Positions 37,500 through 48,700 of a stretch of 64,000 nucleotides of DNA are shown piece by piece (within the stretch, counting starts at the first letter, position 1; each line of letters starts with the position of its first letter). A program made the position numbers and the translations under genes. The stretch comes from Octopus sinensis. Its lineage: Eukaryota. The stretch is taken from NCBI RefSeq assembly GCF_006345805.1, contig NC_042998.1, positions 80,290,001-80,354,000 of the forward strand, read 5' to 3'. The notes beneath the pieces were generated by a model. That model did no database searches. It was given only the letters and a program-made list of their open reading frames with translations, and was not told the origin of the DNA.

Positions 37500-38610
37500 A
37501 CAGAACTATTCTTTTTCAATGGCTACAAGGACAAAGGAATGCAGTTACAGAGAAAACAGTATGATAGGTTATGGTCACAGAAAGAGTCATAGCACAATTT
37601 ATTTAGACAAAATTAGGCAAGATAAATTGCAGTTCACCTTTGTTCAAAGAACAGATACTAATGATGACATCTTCCTGATGAGGCAACTGTGGGAGAAGTA
37701 CATAGTTTGGAGTAGATTCTAATATTTAGTATTTGTTGACTTGGAGAAGGCATTTGAAGGCCATGCTCCACAATCTGGTTGTTGCTAAAGAAACTAGATG
37801 TAGATGGCTTTTGAGGATTGTATGAGCCATGTGTAGAAGCACTGACAGGAATGATTCAATAATAAAATAAGCATGTCAGTAAAGATGTTCTCAACTCCCT
37901 CTTGTCTATAACAAAAAACTTTAAGACTGGCTGTCGGTGGGAACACCTGTATGATTTTAACCTAGTTCAGCAGCTTGTAGTGACGCTATACAACAGCGCG
38001 CGCGTGCAACGCCCTTTTCTGATTTGCGCGTGTTTTCATCAACAGAAGAGGGAACATTGCTATCGTGGAATTAGCTGATTGGCTAGGAAAAGCGACCCTT
38101 AGAAAAGAGGCAAGGGAACGCAAAAACCTTGACCATCAGCGTCCAGCAGAGACAGCAGAAGGCCTTTGATACCAGCAGACATATATTTCTCTCTGTCCAG
38201 CTTTGATAGCAGTCGGCCGAAGGTTTTTTACCAAATTGTTGCAGACAACATCGTCTTCATTATTCCGCGGCCATCTTTAACCCGTTCTGTTTTTAGCGGC
38301 TGAACATTGTAAATCTTACAAGCGATTAACTTTCAGCCTTGCGCGCCCAGAACCAAGGATATCAGATATACCGCTGATTTCTCACCGGTATAAAACAATA
38401 AAGTATATCTATTTTTTACGTCTGCGTTTTGTGTTTCTTTGACTGGTAGAATCTGGATTATTAAAGCAACGGAAAGTGATTGCTTCTCGCACCCCCAAAA
38501 GGTCCAGAGAAGATATTCACATTCTCGTTACAAGCTAAATTTAATGGAGATTTAGAGAAGAAATTCTAGGTGTCTCAAATTAAACTAAAAAAAGAATAAT
38601 TAGTTGGAAA
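37500..38610 (+). mobile_element. Decayed RTE-clade LINE RT fragment, split by a solo LTR
   Basis: QFTFVQRTDTNDDIFLMRQLWEKY, LVFVDLEKAF, and KTGCRWEHLY...LEKKF across the LTR insertion. Confidence 0.8.
37976..38532 (+). mobile_element. 557-bp solo LTR with 4-bp TSD (Ty3/Gypsy-like)
   Basis: TGTAGTGA...TCGTTACA termini; TSD AGCT at 37972-37975 and 38533-38536; ATTGG (CCAAT box) 38078-38082; AATAAA 38397-38402; CpG-rich. Confidence 0.88.
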
Positions 38611-38698
38611 GAAGATAGTATTGTGCTGTCATAAGGGAAATGACTATGCTTAATACGCAGAAAAAATTGTAGATAGTAATTTCATGTAAACTATAGAT

Positions 38699-38917
38699 CA
38701 GTGCTTTTCAACATTTTTGCTGGAGCAGAACCCCAAGGAAACATTCCACTGGCTCGAGGAACCCCTGTGCAATAATTTAATAGTCTTATGCACACATATC
38801 TACACAGGAGAATTAGAAATTACTGCCGATTTTAGCAGTTTTGTAACTTCTTGCAGAACCCCTGGACTGTACTGGCAGAACCCTAAGGTTCCGGGGAACC
38901 CTGGTTGAAAACCACTG
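38699..38917. mobile_element. hAT-type MITE
   Basis: Termini CAGTGCTTTTCAAC / GTTGAAAACCACTG; perfect 8-bp TSD CTATAGAT. Confidence 0.92.
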
Positions 38918-38939
38918 CTATAGATAAACAAGAGGTGCA

Positions 38940-40990
38940 CTCTTGTGCATCCATAGCTTTACAATATATGAAATTACTACTGACAATTTTTCTGCATAAA
39001 CAATGTGTCAGAGAAGGTGGAGTTTTGTATATGATACTGTTAAAGTAAGGCTTCCACCTTTCCAATACACTCCACTTAATGTTGTAATCCATGGTACTTT
39101 CCCTCAACAGCCATGCATGCCTAGCCAGGGCATGTATGGTCTCTCCTGGATTCTGAAGGAAGACTCATGGTTATTAAATCTGGCTCTGAAGGGATCTTCT
39201 GTCCTCCCATACTTCCAAATGCTTCACTGCTCACTGGAGTGAGTCCTTTGACATCACTTCTGCTTCATATATGCTCTCTGCCTCACAGTGGCCATTAAAT
39301 GGACATGTGATGTTGCTGCTGCATCAGCATCCTACCTCCATTTCAGGTGTAGGCCTATTTACTAATTTCTTTATACTAGATGCACTGCTAAAAGAAACTT
39401 TCAAAGTATGTCTAGATAATATTTTGTGGCACCTATTTGTATACTCTTTTTTTTTACTCTTTTACTTGTTTCAGTCATTTTGACTGTGGCTATGCTGAAG
39501 CACCGCCTTTAATCAAACAACTCGACCCCCAGGACTTATTCTTTTGTAAGCCCAGTACTTATTCTATCGGTCTCTTTTGCCGAACCGCTAAGTAACGGGG
39601 ACATAAACACACCAACATCAGTTGTCAAGCAATGCTAGGGGGACAAACACAGACACACAAACACACACACGCACGCATATATATACATATATACGACGGG
39701 CTTCTTTCAGTTTCCGTCTACCAAATCCACTCACAAGGCATTGGTCGGCCCGAGGCTATAGTAGAAGACACTTGCCCAAGGTGCCATGCAGTGGGACTGA
39801 ACCCGGAGCCATGTGGTTGGTAAACAAGCTACTTACCACACAGCCACTCCTGCACCTTCCACTAAACTAAGAAAGATCTTACCTACACAAGTTTTTATGC
39901 TTTCTAGTGGTGTTTTTTCTTTATGGGTTTATGGTCATGGATGTAATTAATTCTATCTTTAAAAGTGCTGGCAGTCAGGGACTCGTAGTATGGGGCAGTG
40001 ATGTCAAAAATCTCTACTTGAAGACTGGTTGGAGATTCTTTTGCTGACCCATTCACTAGGTTCCTGAACACTATGATTAGATGACAGGAAGTTGTATTAA
40101 TATATGTAAGCCTCTCATTTGGCTTCCTAAAAGGCTTATGGCACCAGCATCTAAGATTAAGATTGCATCAAGGAAGTCAACTATCTCCAGATTGGTTTCT
40201 GTTGTAATTTTGAGACCTAGAGAAATCAAGGTGTTTGGCCCAGGTCAATCCCTTGTTGAAAAGCAGGGTTTTTTCTGGCATGCATGATAAGGCTTATGTT
40301 CCCTTCTCTAACCTCAGTAGACCCTAGCAAAATTCAGTGCTCTATATAACTGCCTCAATTTAGACTGATAAAAATCCATTATATCAAATTAGGTAAATCT
40401 TGCTTTACTCCTACCACTATAAATTTTAAACTTCACTGACATTGTATCAAAGGACAAGGCTGGAGGCTTGCTAAGTGTCGTTGATCCATCTGATGAGTGC
40501 TTATTTACCAGGTCAATCTCTGACCTCGCAGGGTTGATTAGATGTCATTTGAGGTCAGAGGTAAAGTTTGGTTTATGATCTTTGATTGCTATAAATGCCT
40601 TCTTCTTACTAGTGTTTCTACCCTATCTCTGATTCCTAGTCTAAAAGCTATCTCTTTGGCCTTATAGTAAATGTTGTCAAAGGCTTGAGAGGCCATCTTC
40701 TTGTATGTTTGTGTGAAGCTGTTTAATAGTTATGCATATGTATCATTATCTATTTTGCACAAATTCTTAGTCTTGACTGGATAAAAAAAAAAGTAAGGCT
40801 CTGCCAGAATCCTCAAGTCTACAAAAAACTGGTTTAAGTTTACTTAGAGAAAGAGATAGAAGACCTACAGAATTTCAGCTTAGGTATGATACTAGAGGTC
40901 TTTATTTCCAAAAGCCTCCAGCTCCTTAATCCTGGTAGGGAATATCCTGGATCTAAGACCAAAGTAGTCAGGCAATTTAGCTTAAACAAC
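38940..40990 (-). mobile_element. Decayed Penelope-like element (RT plus GIY-YIG endonuclease), interrupted by a SINE
   Basis: Broken frames: AFIAIKDHKPNF, LINPARSEI, IIMHARKTLLFN, LEIVDFLDAIL, PFRKPNE, PFRARFNNHESSF, YNIKWSVLER. Confidence 0.85.
39457..39856 (-). mobile_element. Family 1 SINE, young copy inserted in the Penelope relic
   Basis: Reverse complement of 10867/42392 copies. Confidence 0.92.
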
Positions 40991-41016
40991 GTCACACACA
41001 CACGAGTGAGTGAGTG

Positions 41017-41065
<49 letters not shown>

Positions 41066-42391
41066 TGCAAGTTTTATTTATCCCCTTCACTTTTCCATTT
41101 CAAATCTTCATTAAGTTTTAAAAAATAACGGGTAACAAATGACGTTTGTCAAATGATTACAATTCCGAAATACAATTTTTTTTTCACATATCAGGAGATG
41201 AAAAAAAAAACACAATATGAAATAGATTAGTGGCAAAATTATATTTTTTAAGAAAGCAGGTTAAAATCTCTGAAGTCTTGTAACAGATTATGATTAAATT
41301 ATGTAAGGGAGTGTAAACGTTTATATTTTTGTGAGCTACCTACATGTAATTACCTCCCTTGAACCTTTACTGTGAAACGTTCTTATTCAATCTTGGTGAT
41401 TAAGGCAAATACAGACAGATACAGACATAAGACATGAATGAGACGTAATTGCATTTCGGTAAAGGCTGTGGCATATTTATGGTCGAGACAATAAAACATT
41501 TGAACCAACACTTATTCTTTGTTTAAATTATAACTTGTTTTCAGCCTTGTCATTTACTCTGTAGATATGGATACAAGTATACCAGTATTACATATCAAAT
41601 ATTACTAATAAAGCAGGTTGCCATTACAACTGCCTGTAATATATAAGGTCAATAAAAGTAATAAAACACAATATCGAATCGATTGTTTTCTTTCTTTCCA
41701 CGGAAGAGGAAAAATATGGCCAAAAACTTTACGTTGGCTCAATGAAGAGAGGAGAATTCCAAAAGTTTTAACATTTCATCACTTAATTAACTTTAATGTT
41801 TTTCGTTTGGAATCATCTCAAATCAATAATGGAAAGATAAGCTGTTCTTTAATAGTACAGGTTTTTGTGCCCCCCCCCCCAACGGTTTTAATTCAGAAAA
41901 TAATCTATAACTTCTCAAGACAAAACTAAAGCACTCTTATAGAGTCATTTGTCCTGCTAGACATATCAGCCAAATTACTCTCAAATCATACCAGATTGTC
42001 TTTAAAAAACGAAAGAGGCAAGATTAAGTTGTTAAGAAACTCGCCTTGTAACCATGTGGTTTGGGGTTCGATCCCACTGCTCAGCAGCTTGGGTGTATCT
42101 TCTACTATAGCCATGGGCCAACCTATGCCTTATTAGTGAGTTTAGTAAACGAAAACTGTGTGGAAGTCATTGTGTATACATGTATATGTATGTATGTCAC
42201 TTTGTGCTTGTCCCTACCACCACTTAATAAACAGTGTTCGTTTAAGTCCCTACAATTTAGCAACTTGGCAATAGAGATTGATAGAAACAGTACCAGACTT
42301 AATAATAAGTACTGGAGTTGATTTGTTTGACTTAACACTTCAAGACAGTGCTCGAGCTTGGTGATAATGTGATTACTGAAACAAACAAAAT

Positions 42392-42783
42392 ATGTGGTAA
42401 GTAGCTTGCTAACCAACCACATGGTTCCAGGTTCAGTCCCACTGCATGGCATCTTGGGCAAGTGTCTTCTGCTATAGCCCTGGGCCGACCAATGCCTTGT
42501 GAGTGGATTTGGTAGACGGAAACTGAAAGAAGCCTGTCGTATATATGTATATACATGTATATGTATGTATGTGTATGCGTTTGTGTGTCTGTGTTTGTAC
42601 CCCTAGCATTACTTGACAACCGATGCTGGTGTGTTTACGTCCCCGTCACTTAGCGGTTCGGCAAAAGAGACCGATAGAATAAGTACTGGGCTTACAAAGA
42701 ATAAGTCCCGGGGTTGATTTGCTCGACTAAAGGCGGTGCTCCAGCATGGCCGCAGTCAAATGACTGAAACATGAAAAAGAGTA
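42392..42783 (+). mobile_element. Family 1 SINE, young copy (preceded by an older copy at about 42040-42380)
   Basis: Near identical to 10867 copy. Confidence 0.92.
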
Positions 42784-42904
42784 ATAGTTGTGTTGCAAAA
42801 CAAAAAGAAATAAACAAAATAAAGCTCAATTGACATTGAGAGAGTGACATTATTTATAGGATTGATGGATCAAAGCTGACACCTTAGGAGTAACAATGAA
42901 ATAT

Positions 42905-43095
42905 GTTATTCAATATTGACTCAAGTTTTGGCACAAGGCCAGCAAGTTCAAGAATCAACTCATACTTATTTTATCGACTCCCACCAAAAGATAAAAGGCA
43001 AAGTCAACCTCGGTGGAATTTGAACTCAAAACAAAGACATAAAATTCTAAGCATTTTGCTCAGCATGTTCATGATTCTACCAGCTCATTGCCTTA
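42905..43095 (-). mobile_element. Family 2 SINE abutting a CR1 tail
   Basis: Core and head recognisable; joins (TAA)n at 43093-43108. Confidence 0.8.
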
Positions 43096-43497
43096 ATAAT
43101 AATAATAATGAAATTATTGTATACAGTGCTCAGGTGCACCACAACTTGTCAGAAAGTGCATATAAAGTACATGCAGTAATGTAGAAATGTCTGGAAAGCG
43201 AACAATGTATGAGTCAGATACATGCTTGTGTGTGTATGGAGGGGAGAAAATCAAGTGTAGTGTTGGCAAATCTCAGGAAGCATGGAAGTTTTGAAGGATG
43301 CAGTGCTCCAACAACTAACAACCGATGCCAGCAGTTTACTCCATGCTTCAGCAACTCTCAGCGTGAAAAAATGTTTCCTGAAGTCATGGGAGCTGTGCTG
43401 TTTTCTTACTTTGTAAATATGTCCACGGGTGTTAGATGGGTGGAGTTTGAAGAGGTGCTCAGAGTTATTGTTTGTGCGATGGTTGATAATATTATTC
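43093..43497 (-). mobile_element. 5'-truncated CR1 3' end
   Basis: Highly similar to 21086-21470; ORF IINHRTNNNSEHLFKL...RKHFFTLRVAEAW. Confidence 0.93.
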
Positions 43498-44084
43498 AAT
43501 ATTGACTAGCAAATTGATGGATGGATCAGTTAAGACATTCATATTCTAGGCTTTACAAAGAGGAAATAACAACATTTAAACCAAGTTTATACATTTTTTT
43601 TATTTGCCTGTTTTACATATTTAAATGAATGTAAGATTTTTGAGGATGCCTTTTTATTTTTTTCAGTTTCTCTTATAATTATTGCAAATCCATAAATAGC
43701 CCAATTTATGAAATGAAGGATCTGTGTTGTCAATATTTTTATAAAGGGTTTTTTTTTTTAAATATCTTCAATATCATAACATTCTCATCTCAGCATATAA
43801 AGTCCATCGTACTGAATCAAATAAAAGAAATTTTCACGATGGTGCAGAGTATATATATAAGTTTAGCCAAAACATCTGCTAGACATGGCATATCTTTGTG
43901 TTACAAGTGTCCTAAACTCTATGATCAAGGATTGAGATTTACCCTGAACAAAGCTTTTTCACACTCTAATACCTTTTCATGCAAATTTCATGTTGCAATT
44001 ATATACATGCATATATTTATATCTATATATGCTCATAGGGTTGTTAAGCCACAAATAACATTTACTCATTACCAGTAGTAGTCG

Positions 44085-44124
<40 letters not shown>

Positions 44125-44189
44125 GTATGTGTGTATATATATATATATATATACATATATATGTGTATATATATATATATATATACATA

Positions 44190-44231
<42 letters not shown>

Positions 44232-44232
<1 letters not shown>

Positions 44233-44462
44233 GTTTCTTTATTACCCACAAGGGGCTAAACATAGAGGGGACAAACAAGGACAGACAAGCAAATTAAGTC
44301 GATTACATCGACCCCAGTGCGTAACTGGTACTTAATTTATTGACCCCGAAAGGATGAAAGGCAAAGTCGACCTCGGCGGAATTTGAACTCAGAACATAAT
44401 GGCAGACGAAATACGGCTACGCATTTCGCCTGGCGTGCTAACGGTTCTGCCAGCTCGCCACC
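44232..44462 (-). mobile_element. Family 2 SINE, young copy between (TA)n tracts
   Basis: Near identical to 32874(+) and 45172(-). Confidence 0.9.
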
Positions 44463-45171
44463 TATGTATATATATATATATGTGTATATATATGTGTATA
44501 TATATGTATATGTATATATATATATATGTCTATATACATGTGTGTATATATATGTGTGTTTGTGTATGTATATAGAGTATTAACTGTCTTTAAGTTTCAT
44601 GTGTACCTGTATGAGTGTGGTGTATTACTTCATATAAATAATTATATATTGCTATAGTATAAATATCTTTATGAATATATATAATGAAATATATTTATCA
44701 CCATTGTTACTCTCATTTTCTATGCTGACACATATTGAGCAGATTACTATACTCAGTTCTTTTTCCAGAGTTATTTCTCTCTTACCCATGTAGGATCTGA
44801 TGTGGTTTGCACTTCACATTTCACTCAAATACATTACTGCTTGGCAGAGTCTCCATTGCTGGATGCTTTCCTTTATAGAATGTATCCCGTCACCAGCAAT
44901 ACTACATTCTATGATAGAGCAGAACTATCTCAGTCTATATTTGGAGATACTTCACTCCTAAACATGTAGACACTACAACCTGCTGTGATCCTTTATTTTA
45001 CTACATGACCCATCGTGTTCTTTTGTCTTGCCATAAACACCTGTTATCAGCCTACTCACCATGCCACTCACTGTAGTCAACTGCCAGTCTCTTGTTTCAC
45101 CACACTACCTGTTGTGATTCTTCATATCACCACCCATACACTCACATGCAGCTGGCCAGGGTCTTTCATGT

Positions 45172-45405
45172 TACCTATTTCTTTACTACCCACAAGGGGC
45201 TAAACACAGAGTGGACGAACAAGGACAGACAAACGGATTAAGTCAATTATATCGACCCCAGTGCGTAACTGGTGCTTAATTTATCAACCCCGAAAGGATG
45301 AAAGGCAAAGTCGACCTCGGCGGAATTTGAACTCAGAATGTAAAGACAGACGAAATACCGCTAAGCTTTTTGCCTGACGTGCTAATGTTTCTGCCAGCTC
45401 GCCAT
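45172..45405 (-). mobile_element. Family 2 SINE, young copy
   Basis: Near identical to 44232 copy. Confidence 0.9.
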
Positions 45406-45544
45406 ACTCACCAGTGCAGTCCTTCATCTTGCAATTGTCCATTGAGTCACTATGTGCACAAGTATACTATATGAATTTATGAAGTGGTAGATCTCTGTCA
45501 TGTAACAATGAGGAATCAGTTGTTTGATCAGCGGACTTACTTAA

Positions 45545-45765
45545 CCCTTTAGTGTTCGCACTATTCTACCAAAATTAATGCTTTTTCATCCACTTTGTTT
45601 TGAACTAATCATGCATTATCTCGTAGCTATGAGATTTTGATGAGGTAGCTGTTAATTTTTAAAACGATATTGTAGGGTTGGTGTGAGAGACCAGATCTGT
45701 CCAGTTTGAACATAAAACAGGCAGAATACTTTTGGCCAGATAAGGCCGGTTTAAATGCTCAAGGG
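45545..45765. mobile_element. TTAA-flanked MITE (piggyBac-like termini)
   Basis: TTAA|CCCTTTAGTGTT ... AAATGCTCAAGGG|TTAA; decayed relatives at about 6405-6602 and 52707-52907. Confidence 0.75.
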
Positions 45766-48700
45766 TTAATCGTAAATTACTGAGTATTTGATAGACACAT
45801 GAACTCTTAATGTAAGTGTCAGGCAAAATCAGCATGTTAGCTTAACAAGGTTGTGTCATTTTTATTTTTTTAATGTCTGGTACAATCCATTCAATGGACT
45901 TTGACCTGAGGCTACATAAAAATGACATTTGCCAAAGGTGCCAGAGAATGGAATTGAAGCTGGGATCTCATGATTGCAAAGGAAACTCCTTAACTATTTG
46001 GCCATACTGCATTTACTTTTGGCTGAATGGTTAAGAAGTTTGGTTGACATTCATGCAGTCCTGGTTTGAAACAAATACATGTATGTATTATATGAATAGG
46101 AATATGTTTTCAGAAGCTACTTATATTGCATAAATTCTATGTTTAACCTTGAAATAGTATTATGTAATAAATGAATATTTGCCACAGTGCAAATATTACA
46201 AGCAATTATTCATAGATTTGATCAAATATTGTGTTTTGCAAACACAATGAAACAAAATGACTTAGTAAATTGGTAACCTTATTCACTAAGCTATTTTTGC
46301 CAGTATAAACACTGGTAGTTGTAGATAATGAAATATTTACATTCAGAGTGAAAAGCTATATGTATTTTTTTTATCTAGTTTCAGCTCATGAGCTGTGGCC
46401 ATGCTGGGGCACCACCATTACACACATTTGTTTTACAAACAATTGAAGTAAATACTACTTCTTGACCTTATCCAAAAGTCTGTAAAGTTAAAGTAAAATA
46501 CATTTTTTTCATTTTACTCAACATAAGTTGTGGTTTTATGCGTGAGATATAAAGACTTTTGCTTATCTATATCTCAAATATATTTTTCTAAACTCTTTGT
46601 TTTTCATCTTACAAACAATAGATTATCTTTCTTACATTCAAATCAGTTGAAAAATTGCAATCTTGGTTTAAAAAAAAAAAAACTGACAGCAATAAATCAA
46701 ACTACAAAAAGATATAGTTACAATATTTATAATTATTTGTTTTAAATGGAACAAGAAAAAGGGTTTGATTTTTGGATGCCATTTATTGTAGTGTTCTTGA
46801 GTTAGAATGTCATCTAGAATATTTGTCCAATAGCAGATATATACCAAACGTGCTAACAGTATTCTCTTGTGGGACACTCTTATGCCTTATACAGGATCAC
46901 TTGCTGTTCATAACTAAAGTGGTTTTTAGCCTCAAAGAGAAAGTATAGCCTTGAGGGTATAGTAATACTAGAAAATGATATATTTATTGCAAAATACACG
47001 AGTCAAAGTTTTTGTCCTGATATGTATTTTACACAAAATTACACTTGCTTTCAATTGTAACACTTCATCCACTCAGTTCAACACTACCATCCATGCATAT
47101 CCAGTAGCCCGTGGGTGGGTGCGCGGGTGAAAGGAGTCGCTACCTAACAATAATAATCTTAATGTAAATTTTTCTAAAGTAGTTTCCCCTGAATTCAGTA
47201 AAATGAAAAGTGTGCGCAGAGATAACTTAGTTATCTCCCTTACATTATTCTCTCTTTGTTGAGGGGGGGGGGTAAAACTTGAAATTATTACTTTTTAATT
47301 GAGATGTAAATTTAGAGCAAAACGTTGCGCTAAATATTAAAATATATTCAGTTTCAGGAGGCATAGGCGCTAAATCTTCAATTATGGACTATATGAAAAT
47401 GTGAACTTGTGACACTTGTTAAGAATTGGCAGCTATTCAATGAAAAGGCGTTTTCCGATGTACCTCAACCCTATAAGCTCTAAGACTTCACAGTTCTAGA
47501 TTTCGATAGAGTGGATACTTACACCCATCTCTCTCTCTCTCTCTCTCGCATGGCACTTTGTGTTAGCATTTACCACTCTCACCATCACCCATCTTTATCA
47601 ATGTCTCATCATACTGCTTGTGCTGGATTTTCATTCAATCTCCTTATCCATAACCAAATAAGTTGTCAGTCTCTCCTTCATTACTCCCTCCCCTACCATC
47701 CTCTTGCTTCTATCACTGCTTGCCGTTCACACACACACACTCTCTCTCTCTCTCTTCCTTTACCGTCTTGATCATGTTTGCTTTGAACAGACAACACAGA
47801 GTACACCCTAATGAATCTTCTGATACATAGATTGGATCTGGAAATGAAATGGATTGGCTTTATAAAAAAGCCACTCCACTCTCCCTATCTTTCACATTCA
47901 CATGTATATTTATAATATATTTCATAGAAGATTCATAAATCAAAGCGAAAAACGAAGTCACTATTAAACAGGGACTTTAGCTTGAGTTTAACTATTCAAT
48001 ATTTTCTTATATTATCATGAATATTAATGATGGTGCATTAAAAATAATGTTCATGGTGAAAATACTACATTGTACATCATCTTTGAAATGTATTTTGCCA
48101 ACTCTATTATAAAATTTCTATCAGGCACACAAAGTACCATCATGGTGTGAGCAATAAGATACACACACACACAAGTATTATATATTAGTACTGGAATTGT
48201 TTAAACAGGTGTTATATATTCCCAAATATGAAATTTTGCTTCTTCTGAATAAAGTTATTTCAATAAAATTAAAAAAAAAAAGAAAATTCATAAAAATTTA
48301 TTTGTATTAGATTGTTATCAAATATAAATTTGCTTAAAGTGATGTTGTAAATTATGCCTTTCATGATGGCATGTATGTAGTGAGTCAGCAATTAAGGCCA
48401 TGGACACATTAAATATTGGTCAGGTTACAAAGTGTTTTGACAGCCAGTCCAATATCATTTCACTTCAGGTAGTTGTAATGCCCTCAATATTAACATTCTT
48501 TCATCCTATAGAGCCATGATCCTCTGAATAACAGCACCCTTTCATCTCAGTCATCTGTGACTCTCTATAACAAACACTCATCTCAGACATTTGTGAACTT
48601 CACAATACTGATACTCTTTCATACCAAACAGCAATGACCTTCTGAATTTTACACAAGATCAGCAATTTTGAGGGGCTGGGATTAGTCAATATATCAACCC

